NCBI GenBank assembly: GCA_046598345.1
Contig: JBKJIT010000004.1
Span: 2,499-66,498, forward strand
DNA: 64,000 bases
Reading direction: 5' to 3'
DNA from: Minisyncoccia bacterium
Lineage (GTDB): Bacteria; Patescibacteriota; Minisyncoccia; Phycocordibacterales; UBA918
This document shows positions 49,538 through 58,196 of this stretch, one piece after another (position 1 is the first letter of the stretch; each line of letters opens with the position of its first letter). A model generated the notes under the pieces. That model was not told the origin of the DNA, made no database searches, and saw only the letters and a program-made list of their open reading frames with translations. Made by a program: the position numbers and the translations under genes.

Positions 49538-50059
49538 CTAGTTGGGTACTAATTCAGGAAGTGTACGGGAGGGAAGATCCAGTTCTTCCCGGATCGTTTC
49601 GTAGTGCTTAACGTAATATAGGGGTTCATAGTACTGAGTGTCTCGAACAATACTTGAACCTTCGAGCCAGAGAGGTGTTTGGAACTCGTCGTTAGTTATC
49701 TTATTCTGGGTAAGATTGATTTCCACGGTATTCAACCCGTCCAAAATCCCTTGATACTGCTTGGCAATGTAGGTGCGGCCGTGACGCTCTTTGAATTCGT
49801 ATTCGGTCCACTCAATCTTCGGTCCGATGATATGGTTCCAGGACGCCGCGCTTGCGCACTCTCGCGGAAATTCGCTCGGATCTAAGCCAGTGCTCGCGTA
49901 TCCGAAAATCGTGTCGTCTTGCTGCTTAAGCAAGATCCGCTTCTCAGGTGTGAGTAGGATGAATCCCACTCTCATGTTGCGTCGCACCTTCCCCTTGTGT
50001 CTCAGGATGTAATCTGGAATTTCTGCAACACGCCATTTGATCAGTTTCATCTTTGCCAT
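49538..50059 (-). CDS. hypothetical protein (possibly degenerate Nudix-like fold)
   Basis: ORF; weak Nudix-like spacing without the REUXEE core. Confidence 0.4.
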   Translation of the reverse strand: MAKMKLIKWRVAEIPDYILRHKGKVRRNMRVGFILLTPEKRILLKQQDDTIFGYASTGLDPSEFPRECASAASWNHIIGPKIEWTEYEFKERHGRTYIAKQYQGILDGLNTVEINLTQNKITNDEFQTPLWLEGSSIVRDTQYYEPLYYVKHYETIREELDLPSRTLPELVPN

Positions 50060-50127
50060 TTCTCTTTCCTCCTATGTTGAGTTGAACAAACCGTATGTAC
50101 GCATCTAGGCAAAAAATACCCTTAAGA

Positions 50128-50144
50128 GGGAAGAGTGTCAAGAA
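50128..50144. repeat. gggaagagtgtcaagaa direct repeat, copy 1 of 2
   Basis: identical 17-mer also at 50338..50354. Confidence 0.6.
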
Positions 50145-50285
50145 TTATGAAGAAAGCACCTACATCCCACTCCCACTCGCTCTCGCATTAGCAATTACTT
50201 CGCTATTTTTATTTCACATTTTCATTCCGATCCCGATGCTGATTCCAATTTCCATTCTCATTCTCATATAAATCAAATATCAAAT

Positions 50286-50317
50286 ATCTCATAGTGTCCG
50301 GCCGGACGGTATGAGAT
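50286..50317. repeat. 32-bp palindromic element, copy 1 (atctcata-gt-gtccggccggac-gg-tatgagat)
   Basis: inverted repeat read directly. Confidence 0.7.
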
Positions 50318-50337
50318 ATACGGTATATATGCAAAGG

Positions 50338-50354
50338 GGGAAGAGTGTCAAGAA
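50338..50354. repeat. gggaagagtgtcaagaa direct repeat, copy 2
   Basis: identical 17-mer. Confidence 0.6.
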
Positions 50355-50413
50355 ATAGTAATTGATGGACGAATTACCATGTCGACAGAATTTATCCGTG
50401 CATAACGCGTGAG

Positions 50414-50441
50414 ATAAAAAAACGGCCTCGAAGGGAGGCCG
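50414..50441 (-). terminator. intrinsic terminator of small ORF 50445..50771
   Basis: ggcctc-gaagg-gaggcc; T-run on minus strand. Confidence 0.5.
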
Positions 50442-50444
50442 CAC

Positions 50445-50771
50445 TCATGTGATGAGTGAAAAGGGAAAACTTCTTTTTGTGTTCTGTGCGTCTGCTTCTC
50501 CCACATAGAAACAGGTACGTTCGACGTCATTCCCGGGAATTTCAGCGTCAAACTGATACCGTCCTTTTTCTTCGGCGTCACTTACTTTCAGGAAACGACC
50601 TTTTGTAAAGACTTCGTATCTAAGTCCATACCAAATGGAACTATGACAGAGCGCCGTCACGGGAGGGTCGAATTTGTACTCAGTATGAAGCTTGAACTTC
50701 CTAATAGGCTTCACGAGCTTCTTAGAAGGTGACTCCTTTGTACGTGGTACTAGCTGCGACTGTGCATTCAT
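50445..50771 (-). CDS. hypothetical 108-aa protein inside the repeat-rich spacer (start MNAQSQL with GAGGAG 12 nt upstream)
   Basis: ORF plus Shine-Dalgarno plus downstream terminator. Confidence 0.45.
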   Translation of the reverse strand: MNAQSQLVPRTKESPSKKLVKPIRKFKLHTEYKFDPPVTALCHSSIWYGLRYEVFTKGRFLKVSDAEEKGRYQFDAEIPGNDVERTCFYVGEADAQNTKRSFPFSLIT

Positions 50772-51030
50772 AATATCTATGCTCCTCAGTTTTTGCACTG
50801 CACACAAATCACTTTACTATCCGCTAGAACTATAGGGAAATATACATGGATATTTAATGAAGAAACAATATATTTAATTTTTTCAAAATTCAAATAAAAA
50901 TATTTTTCCCAATACCCAATATGTGAATCAAGCATCAAATCGATGGCCGACTTACGATGTCGGCCATATAGGGGTAGAGGCTGAAAAGGGTAAGTAAAAG
51001 AACGTTAAAAAATAGTTCAAAAATATAAAT

Positions 51031-51062
51031 ATCTCGTACCGTCCGGCCGGACGGTACGAGAT
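51031..51062. repeat. 32-bp palindromic element, copy 2 (perfect: atctcgtacc-gtccggccggac-ggtacgagat)
   Basis: perfect reverse-complement symmetry. Confidence 0.7.
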
Positions 51063-51154
51063 ACAGAATTATTCTGTCAAAATGTGGGTTAATCAAAGTG
51101 TTGTTAAGAGGGTATTTGAAGAAGTAAAAAAGCAATAGTTTGTTTTTCAGCAAG

Positions 51155-51186
51155 ATCCCATAGTGTCCGGCCGGACGGTATGGGAT
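51155..51186. repeat. 32-bp palindromic element, copy 3 (atcccata-gt-gtccggccggac-gg-tatgggat)
   Basis: same core as copy 1 with compensatory arm changes. Confidence 0.7.
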
Positions 51187-51233
51187 ATCTAATATTCTGG
51201 GGTAGGTAGTGAGGGAACTGACTAAAAAGCACA

Positions 51234-51274
51234 CAACAAAAAATCCCCGCCAACAGGCGGGGATTTTTTGTTGT
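51234..51274. terminator. terminator after last pilin gene (19-bp stem acaacaaaaaatccccgcc / ggcggggattttttgttgt)
   Basis: read directly. Confidence 0.65.
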
Positions 51275-51285
51275 GCTAAATAGAT

Positions 51286-51741
51286 TTAGCGAGTGATCTC
51301 AAGATCAGGGGTTTCAACTTCAGTTTTTGGTGCTCGAACTGAAATTCGATCGTCAGTATCTTTCTTGATTTCGTAATCTGTCGAATATGTTGTTGGACAG
51401 GTGTCAAGATCAATACCCTTGTCCGGGTCTACAGGAAGGGAGGCCATGTGTTCTGTAACAAGTATGCCACAGATATTTGCAGCAGAGGAGGAAATTTCCT
51501 GCCATGCAGTAGTAATTTGTGTAGGAATTATTCCTTTTTCCTCTACAATCTCCTGACCCACTGCGCTAAGAATAGCATTGATGTCATTTGATCGTTCAGC
51601 ATCATCTGCTTTATTAAAGAGACGAACTGGGTTGATAGCTACAAGTACGATTGCTGCGAGAACAGCAATAATACCGATAACGATAAGGATTTCAATAAGT
51701 GTAAACCCTCGATTTCCAGCCTTTTTAGCTACTTTGTTCAT
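51286..51741 (-). CDS. type IV pilin / pseudopilin (prepilin N-terminus G|FTLIE)
   Basis: MNKVAKKAGNRGFTLIEILIVIGIIAVLAAIV. Confidence 0.85.
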   Translation of the reverse strand: MNKVAKKAGNRGFTLIEILIVIGIIAVLAAIVLVAINPVRLFNKADDAERSNDINAILSAVGQEIVEEKGIIPTQITTAWQEISSSAANICGILVTEHMASLPVDPDKGIDLDTCPTTYSTDYEIKKDTDDRISVRAPKTEVETPDLEITR

Positions 51742-51871
51742 TTGAATAAGTTTAATTAATTAATATTAAAAGAACTGAAACATTAGACTAATATGATACC
51801 ATACATTCGCTAAATTAGCAAGTGTTCCAGCACCATCAAAATATCATGAAATTCATGATATTTTGATGAAG

Positions 51872-52294
51872 TTAGATGATAGGCAACTCCGCCCAATAGG
51901 TAAAGTCACCATTAGACTTTTTAACAAACACACGTAGGTTTGTCGTTGCACCACCATCTACTTTTGCAAATGTCTCGATCACACTATACGGGGTAGATGT
52001 GGTGTCCGGGTCAATTAATGTTATTGAACACTCTTCACTTCCTACGGGGATAATAATATCGGGTTCTGATATTAATAATTCGGTAGCGGGGTCTTGAAAT
52101 ACTTTCAGTCGTGCAACGTGTACGCATGATTCAGCAAGCTTTTGGCTTTTCGTTTTATTTTCAAGATCAAGGAGAAAATAACGATTTGCAACACCAAATT
52201 GTGCGAGTGATACAACAGACACTAAAAGTACTGATGAAATAATGAGGACCGAAATTAGGGCAATAAACCCTTGCTGCGATTCAAAAGAGTTCAT
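51872..52294 (-). CDS. minor pilin-like protein (GspK/PilX-like N-terminus lacking Glu5)
   Basis: QQGFIALISVLIISSVLL. Confidence 0.6.
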   Translation of the reverse strand: MNSFESQQGFIALISVLIISSVLLVSVVSLAQFGVANRYFLLDLENKTKSQKLAESCVHVARLKVFQDPATELLISEPDIIIPVGSEECSITLIDPDTTSTPYSVIETFAKVDGGATTNLRVFVKKSNGDFTYWAELPII

Positions 52295-52295
52295 A

Positions 52296-52814
52296 TTAAA
52301 AATGGAGATAGTAATTTACAGGGCCGATGGTAATGGTGTCTCCTTCAATTCTTCGAGCGGTAAATTTAACGGTGAGATAGTGTTGCTCTTTTCCAGTAGG
52401 AATAATATGGTTGACATCGAAGCTTAGAATTTGTACCCGGTCTGTGTTCAGTGCTCTATAAGCACCTGAACCCTCTCGATACATAAGGTTGGTGCCATTC
52501 AGTTCAAATGCAAACCGGTTTGGATTATTTATCTCAAGTTTGTTTGTTGGGGTACTTCCGTTAGGAACAATATCTACAATATCAGTGGGCGTGTTGATGG
52601 AACTTGCAAGTGCGTACTCAATTTTTCGCAATATAAATGCAGTATCTCCTTCGACTGCAATATCACCAGTCAATTCCTGAGAATTAACAAATAGGGGATG
52701 AACGATACTAAAGATTCCTGCCATGAGTATACCGAAAAGACCGATATAGATTATCGTTTCAACAAGCGTAAATCCTTTTGTGTTAATTGCAGGAAGCATC
52801 ATTAGGTTCGTCAA
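52296..52814 (-). CDS. prepilin-type minor pilin (G|FTLVE)
   Basis: KGFTLVETIIYIGLFGILMAGI. Confidence 0.8.
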   Translation of the reverse strand: MTNLMMLPAINTKGFTLVETIIYIGLFGILMAGIFSIVHPLFVNSQELTGDIAVEGDTAFILRKIEYALASSINTPTDIVDIVPNGSTPTNKLEINNPNRFAFELNGTNLMYREGSGAYRALNTDRVQILSFDVNHIIPTGKEQHYLTVKFTARRIEGDTITIGPVNYYLHF

Positions 52815-54342
52815 AGATTACGCGCATAAAGTTATTGCTTTTTACTGCTGTAAAAATCTTGTTGTCGGAATATACAAGGCGGACTGCTTCGGCTGGAAAG
52901 TTGAATGTATTACAAAAATGAGTTTGTATATTTGTGGGATCGGAAATATTCCAGACTTGGAATTCTTTATTGGAGTGTGAGGTGGCGAGAAAAGCTAGGT
53001 TGCCACGGATTAGGATATCTTGAATCGAGGTATTGTTAGCGCTAAGTGCACGTGCGGAGTCCTTTAAAGTGAATGATGTCGGTGCATTTATTGCATACGC
53101 ATAGAAATCATCTTGATTAATTTTTCCTGCTCGACCAATAAAGAGGGTATTTTCCGAAATATTGAGAGAGACAGCAGCTTCACTGAATGGAAGGTTAAGG
53201 TACGTAACTGAAGAGAGCGGAATGTTGGTAACTGATCCTGTGTTGATACCAGCTAAGTTAATTACCGCAACCTCTCCAGAACTATACCCTAATGCTAAAT
53301 ATGCATACCCATTATGAATCCGGATATCATTTACTGAATGGTTAAAAGCTTCATTTAAGATACCGATTACGGCGGGTTGGGCGGGATTAGCAGTTATATC
53401 AAAAACCAGGAACTCAGGACCATCGGTGGTTTTTAATCCGACATATAATCTGCCATCATAGTATTCCATTACATTTCCCTGAGGATCCGTTCCCGTTTCG
53501 AGTACGTTAATCGGTGCTGTTGCGAACGACACCACGTTTCCTTGTGATGGGGCATTTAAACTACTTATATTGATTACCTGAAGCTGATTATTTTTGTAAT
53601 TTCTTAATGCATACACATAATCACCAACGACAACAAAGTCGTTTATACCCTCCCTTTGACCACCCCCCCACTGAATTCCATTATTAATGTCAAGATTAGA
53701 TTCATGTGATGGATTTATGGCATCAGTTGCATCAAGAATCCAAAAATCTGGCTCGTCCTTACTAGAATGGTTTGACGACACAAAGACGTACGTACGATCA
53801 TCACGTGATATGGCTTTAATAGCAGTTGCTTGAGAACCATTACTTGCAATCCCACTTGGATCAAAGAAACCTAGTGTGTCTGGGTTCTCCCACTCAGTGG
53901 TTGGGGTGGGGTCACAAAATTCAGATTTTTTTGCGCTTTCGATGTCGCTTACAATCGTCTTAAATTCAGTTGCAAGATTTGCACGAGAAATATTATTTTC
54001 TGCGAACCAGCCAATCTTACTGGTAACTATTTTTGCACAATCTCCTTCGCCCAGTGAGAGATCGTCATTTGTACGTATTCCGTACACTGATGAATACCCG
54101 TCCTCGTTTAAATCTGCAAGCGGGGAAGGAGAAATGGACCACTGTTTAGCGAGTTTATTTGTAGCATCGCCAATTTGACTCGTGATACGCGTGAGACTAT
54201 GACTATCTAACTTTGTATTAAGTCCCGCTGATTGACCACCAAAAACAACCATCATTGAACTTCCAATAAAGATAATTGCAATTGAAAAAGCGATTAGGAG
54301 CTCTATAGTGGAAAAACCTTGTTGTATTAATTTATTTTTCAT
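52783..54342 (-). CDS. large prepilin-type protein: pilin N-terminus (G|FSTIE) fused to about 480-aa beta-propeller-like (LVIVD-type repeat) domain
   Basis: QQGFSTIELLIAFSIAIIFIG; recurring blade-like motifs (YVYALRN..LQVINIS, RLYVGLK..FLVFDIT, YAYLALG..VAVINL, LAFLATS..FQVWNIS). Confidence 0.7.
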   Translation of the reverse strand: MKNKLIQQGFSTIELLIAFSIAIIFIGSSMMVVFGGQSAGLNTKLDSHSLTRITSQIGDATNKLAKQWSISPSPLADLNEDGYSSVYGIRTNDDLSLGEGDCAKIVTSKIGWFAENNISRANLATEFKTIVSDIESAKKSEFCDPTPTTEWENPDTLGFFDPSGIASNGSQATAIKAISRDDRTYVFVSSNHSSKDEPDFWILDATDAINPSHESNLDINNGIQWGGGQREGINDFVVVGDYVYALRNYKNNQLQVINISSLNAPSQGNVVSFATAPINVLETGTDPQGNVMEYYDGRLYVGLKTTDGPEFLVFDITANPAQPAVIGILNEAFNHSVNDIRIHNGYAYLALGYSSGEVAVINLAGINTGSVTNIPLSSVTYLNLPFSEAAVSLNISENTLFIGRAGKINQDDFYAYAINAPTSFTLKDSARALSANNTSIQDILIRGNLAFLATSHSNKEFQVWNISDPTNIQTHFCNTFNFPAEAVRLVYSDNKIFTAVKSNNFMRVIFDEPNDASCN

Positions 54343-54345
54343 ACG

Positions 54346-54798
54346 TTACCAATTAATGCGTCCTGCTTCGTTAAGCTCGAAATTTACAATTTCACTGCCT
54401 TGCGCGAGGGTAATCGATCCTAAGCCTGTCCCAGTGTCTACTCCACTAATTATATTTCCTGAGCGCTGTTCAAAAATAATGTTATTTCCGTTTGAGGCAG
54501 ACACAGCAATTTGGGAATTTCTAGTGACTTCTCTTTGATTTGTGCCTGGAAAAGAAGTACCTTCAAAGAGAATATATTTATCGTTCTGAATATGAACCCC
54601 GTGAGAACTATTATTTATATTTGCGAGTGCACGTGCACGTGCTCCAGAGAGAAGTAGTGAAACAAGAAGGTCTCGTTCTTCCGTAACGCTAGCATTGGCA
54701 ACTGAGCTGTAACTCATGACTACTCCGAAAGCACCGATGACTGCCACAAGTGCCATTACTACCATGAGTTCAATAAGGCTAAATCCGCGCGTTTCCAT
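54346..54798 (-). CDS. prepilin-type pilin (G|FSLIE)
   Basis: METRGFSLIELMVVMALVAVIGAFGVV. Confidence 0.85.
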   Translation of the reverse strand: METRGFSLIELMVVMALVAVIGAFGVVMSYSSVANASVTEERDLLVSLLLSGARARALANINNSSHGVHIQNDKYILFEGTSFPGTNQREVTRNSQIAVSASNGNNIIFEQRSGNIISGVDTGTGLGSITLAQGSEIVNFELNEAGRINW

Positions 54799-54801
54799 AA
54801 T

Positions 54802-55986
54802 TTACTGTTCGCTAAGGGTTTTAGTCACTTCGTAAATTGGTGTAATGACTGAGACTGCAATTAGTCCTACGATACTTCCCATCATAACAAGCAGGATCGG
54901 TTCAATTGAGTTTGAAAGATTCTTGGTACTCTCGTCAACCTCAGCTTCATAGTGGTCAGAAAGATACATAAGCGTTTGTGAAAGGTTACCTGTTGTTTCA
55001 CCAATAAGTATCATATTGGGAAGCATAGCAGGGAAAATGTCTGAGTATTTCGTCATGCGTGAGGAGATGGTTTCACCCTTAAGCAAGTGTGCTGAAATAT
55101 CCTGATATGCTTCTTTATAGAGAATGTTTTTGGTGACGTCAGCAGTAATAACCATGGCATCAGTAAGAAGTACTCCGGCTTTAATGTTGAGCCCTAGAGT
55201 TCGGCAAAAGTTTGCAGCGTTGTATGCGCGCATCATCATTCCTATGACTGGAAGTCGTAGTAAAACCCAGTCTGTTGACCTTCGAATAATTCGAAATGCA
55301 TTACGTGCAAGTGCAAACAGAATCATAAAGATAATTACAGCAACAATTGTAACTAGCCCCCATTCCTGGAGGTATTCACTAATAGCAATCAACATGCGTG
55401 TAGTAAGTGGAAGTGTAATATCCAGGGATTTAAAAATAGGCATAATTTTGGGGAAAATAAATACCGTGAGCATCCCTGTTACTCCTAGGGTCACAAATGT
55501 AATAAAAATGGGATACACAAGTGCGCTACGTACTTTGCGCTGAAGCGCCTGCTTCTTTGCGAGTTCGTCGGCTAGATACATTAGGTTATCAGAAAGCACC
55601 CCGGCGTTTTCACCAACGCGGATAATGTTTACTGTAAATTCACCAAAGAGATGCTTGTACTTTTCAAGACTTTTGGAGAGAAATTGTCCGGCAGAAAGGT
55701 CACTGATTATTGTGTCAAAAATTGCTCGTTTACGTTTTGATTTGGTCTGATTACGGATCATCGAAACACCCTCATGAAGTGAAACACCCGCTTTTACGAG
55801 GAAGGAGAGGCGCTTTGCAAACATAACTTGCTCATTAATTGAGAAGCGGAGGAAGGTTGTGGATACTGGCTTTGCAACCGGTTTTGGCGCTACACGGATC
55901 ATTTGGGGGACAACAGGAAGAACTGCCTTTTTCCCAGGCCATTTGCTAACGACAAATAAACGCATTTTTGCGAACATGTTACTCAT
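54802..55986 (-). CDS. pilC: type IV pilus / type II secretion platform protein (PilC/GspF/ComGB family)
   Basis: two GspF-type repeats, polytopic membrane. Confidence 0.85.
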   Translation of the reverse strand: MSNMFAKMRLFVVSKWPGKKAVLPVVPQMIRVAPKPVAKPVSTTFLRFSINEQVMFAKRLSFLVKAGVSLHEGVSMIRNQTKSKRKRAIFDTIISDLSAGQFLSKSLEKYKHLFGEFTVNIIRVGENAGVLSDNLMYLADELAKKQALQRKVRSALVYPIFITFVTLGVTGMLTVFIFPKIMPIFKSLDITLPLTTRMLIAISEYLQEWGLVTIVAVIIFMILFALARNAFRIIRRSTDWVLLRLPVIGMMMRAYNAANFCRTLGLNIKAGVLLTDAMVITADVTKNILYKEAYQDISAHLLKGETISSRMTKYSDIFPAMLPNMILIGETTGNLSQTLMYLSDHYEAEVDESTKNLSNSIEPILLVMMGSIVGLIAVSVITPIYEVTKTLSEQ

Positions 55987-56001
55987 TTACTCATTTACTC
56001 A
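55978..56001. repeat. 8-nt tandem repeat x3 (tactcatt on + / AATGAGTA on coding strand) spanning pilB stop and pilC start
   Basis: read directly; creates ..TAA ATG AGT AA ATG AGT AAC ATG.. Confidence 0.6.
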
Positions 56002-57296
56002 TTTATAGTACGTAATACTTCAGAAATAGTGGTTTTACCCTCGGCCGCCTTCTGAAGCCCGTCTTCGAACATAGTAGTCATTCCTTCAGTAATTGCAATG
56101 TCTTTGATAACGACTGCAGATGCCTGCTTCAGAATGGCTTCCCGAACTGCTGGCGATACCACGAGAACCTCGTAGATGCCGATGCGTCCTGCAAACCCAG
56201 TATTCTCACACTTTGCACATCCTTTTCCTTTATAAAATGTATCGGGAACTTGGTACCCACGATTTTTGAGACGTTCAGGAATTGAACGTGCGAGACTTTC
56301 GCGTTCACCGTCACTCATCTTTACTGACTGCTTGCAGTGCGAACAGATCTGGCGCACGAGACGTTGACCGATGGCGACGTTTACGGTCGACGCGACGAGG
56401 TACGCGTCGATTCCCATGTCGAGGAGACGGGGAAGTGTGGTGGCTGAGTCATTCGTGTGAAGTGTTGAAAGAAGAAGGTGTCCGGTGAGTGCAGTGTTTA
56501 CTGCAATACCCGCAGTCTCAGCGTCACGAATTTCACCCACCATGATGATGTTGGGGTCTTGACGAAGAATTGAACGAAGTCCTGCAGCGAAGGTGAGGCT
56601 TGATCGTGGATTGATTTGAATCTGTGTGATCCCTTCAATCGCGTATTCGATAGGATCTTCGATCGTAATAATAGAAACCTCGCGCTTGTTCAGCATCTTA
56701 ATGAGTGTGTACAGGGAAGTGGTCTTACCAGAACCAGTTGGTCCTGTCGCAAGAATCATTCCGTATGGCTGTGTGATTGCATACTTCACTTTTTCTGCGT
56801 CGCTCTTACTAAAACCAAGCATTTCGAGCGTGTAGTTTGCTGAGTGGTCTGCAAGGAGTCGGAGTACGAGATTCTCCCCAAAGTAGGTTGGGGTAATTGA
56901 GACACGCACATCGATAGGTCGTCCACCTTCAGTCATCAATCGAAAACGACCGTCTTGTGCGGCCTGATGTTCGTCGGTGCGGAGTCCCGCCATAACTTTG
57001 ACGCGAGTGATCACTTCCGAGTGGATCGTTTTTGGAAATGCACACTTATCCTGAAGCACACCATCGATACGATAGCGGATCATGACGTTGTGTTCGGTAG
57101 GGTCGATATGAATGTCCGACGCGCGGAGCATGTGCGCTTCTTCAATACAGGTTTGTACAACCTCAATAATACCGACAGGACCAGGGCGGGAGAGTACTTC
57201 GGCAACGCTACATGGAGAAAGGACGTCGCGGGGGACGTCCTGAACTACCTCTTTTGTAGCCTTCAGGCCCAAGTTCATAGTGGAGGTATTATACAT
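55995..57296 (-). CDS. pilB: type IV pilus assembly ATPase (PilB/GspE/ComGA family); alternative start MNLGLK at 57278
   Basis: Walker A GPTGSGKTT, Asp box, His box, Walker B, tetracysteine CSHC..CAKC. Confidence 0.9.
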   Translation of the reverse strand: MYNTSTMNLGLKATKEVVQDVPRDVLSPCSVAEVLSRPGPVGIIEVVQTCIEEAHMLRASDIHIDPTEHNVMIRYRIDGVLQDKCAFPKTIHSEVITRVKVMAGLRTDEHQAAQDGRFRLMTEGGRPIDVRVSITPTYFGENLVLRLLADHSANYTLEMLGFSKSDAEKVKYAITQPYGMILATGPTGSGKTTSLYTLIKMLNKREVSIITIEDPIEYAIEGITQIQINPRSSLTFAAGLRSILRQDPNIIMVGEIRDAETAGIAVNTALTGHLLLSTLHTNDSATTLPRLLDMGIDAYLVASTVNVAIGQRLVRQICSHCKQSVKMSDGERESLARSIPERLKNRGYQVPDTFYKGKGCAKCENTGFAGRIGIYEVLVVSPAVREAILKQASAVVIKDIAITEGMTTMFEDGLQKAAEGKTTISEVLRTINE

Positions 57297-57315
57297 AATA
57301 AAACCAATCTGTCAA
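57288..57315 (-). promoter_or_regulatory. consensus sigma70 promoter TTGACA-N16-TATAAT on minus strand overlapping the first codons of ORF-track pilB
   Basis: hexamers read directly from reverse complement; implies near-leaderless start at Met 57278. Confidence 0.45.
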
Positions 57316-57352
57316 GCACTCTCATTTTGTATACATTTCCCACGGGTAATTA

Positions 57353-57383
57353 AAAAAGAAGCCGTCCATAGGACGGCTTTGTT
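57353..57383. terminator. bidirectional terminator (agccgtcc-atag-ggacggct with A6/T3)
   Basis: read directly. Confidence 0.55.
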
Positions 57384-57396
57384 GCAGTGATGCGAC

Positions 57397-57672
57397 TCAG
57401 AAGTCGCAAAAAAAGAAAACTGGCACGCGATCATCGATCAGGTAGTAGCTTACTCTCCCGTCGCCGTGGGTGCGTAGTGCATTGTAGAAAGGTGCGTCCG
57501 GGTTCACGCCGGGGATGTTCGTTCGTGGATGGTGGTTGGTGACTCCCGAGGCAGGAATTGGAGGACATACTTTTTCATACAGGAACGGATAGCCTCCGGG
57601 GGTAGAAAAGTCAAACCTACCGCCGCTTTTTACATCGCCAAAACAGAGGTAGTAACAGGCGTCTTTGGTCAT
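57397..57672 (-). CDS. hypothetical protein (GC-rich islet)
   Basis: ORF only. Confidence 0.35.
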   Translation of the reverse strand: MTKDACYYLCFGDVKSGGRFDFSTPGGYPFLYEKVCPPIPASGVTNHHPRTNIPGVNPDAPFYNALRTHGDGRVSYYLIDDRVPVFFFCDF

Positions 57673-57722
57673 GCGTACTCTCCTAGTGGGATTGATGTGG
57701 AACTAGTATTTTTAGGGTTCCT

Positions 57723-58130
57723 TCACCAGTGTGCGTACTCGCGTGCTTCGAGGAGCGTGTAGAGTGTGCCACGACGCCTCTTCACTCGCGTACCTTGAAG
57801 AAAGTGATTTGGGTCGGTGGTCCGAAGATCAGGATTACCTTCGCACACCTGTGGAATGTAATGCACTTCTTCCACTCGGGTAGCGATATTCAGTGCGACC
57901 CCTAAGACATGAATCATCTCGCGGGTGTGGAGGTGTTGGTACACTCCTCCTACGAGACACTTTTTCGGACGTACCCACATTGATCGTCCATCGACTCCTC
58001 CCGTGCAGAAGTCGGGTTGTTTCCAGGCACATCCTTCACAGAATGGCTCAAAGATGACGCCGTCGGTTACTCGAGCCCATGAATCGTCTTCATTCCGGCA
58101 GGTACTGCAGGTGCTCACGACCGTGTTCAT
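57723..58130 (-). CDS. hypothetical Cys-rich protein (GC-rich islet; ORF track extends to 58178)
   Basis: CSTC..CEGC..C motifs. Confidence 0.4.
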   Translation of the reverse strand: MNTVVSTCSTCRNEDDSWARVTDGVIFEPFCEGCAWKQPDFCTGGVDGRSMWVRPKKCLVGGVYQHLHTREMIHVLGVALNIATRVEEVHYIPQVCEGNPDLRTTDPNHFLQGTRVKRRRGTLYTLLEAREYAHW

Positions 58131-58196
58131 TTTGTTCCCTCCTCGGTTGTTGGAAAAACATCTCCTTGGAATATACATCAGGATTAGGAAATACGA

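Noticed and set aside
49538-50059. Confident Nudix call for the 173-aa protein
   Set aside because: G-x5-E spacing is present but the REUXEE core is missing. It is left as hypothetical.
50286-51186. CRISPR array hypothesis for the palindromic repeats
   Set aside because: Only three copies are present, with unequal spacing of about 745 and 124 bp. The repeats are palindromic with differing arms, and no cas genes are nearby.
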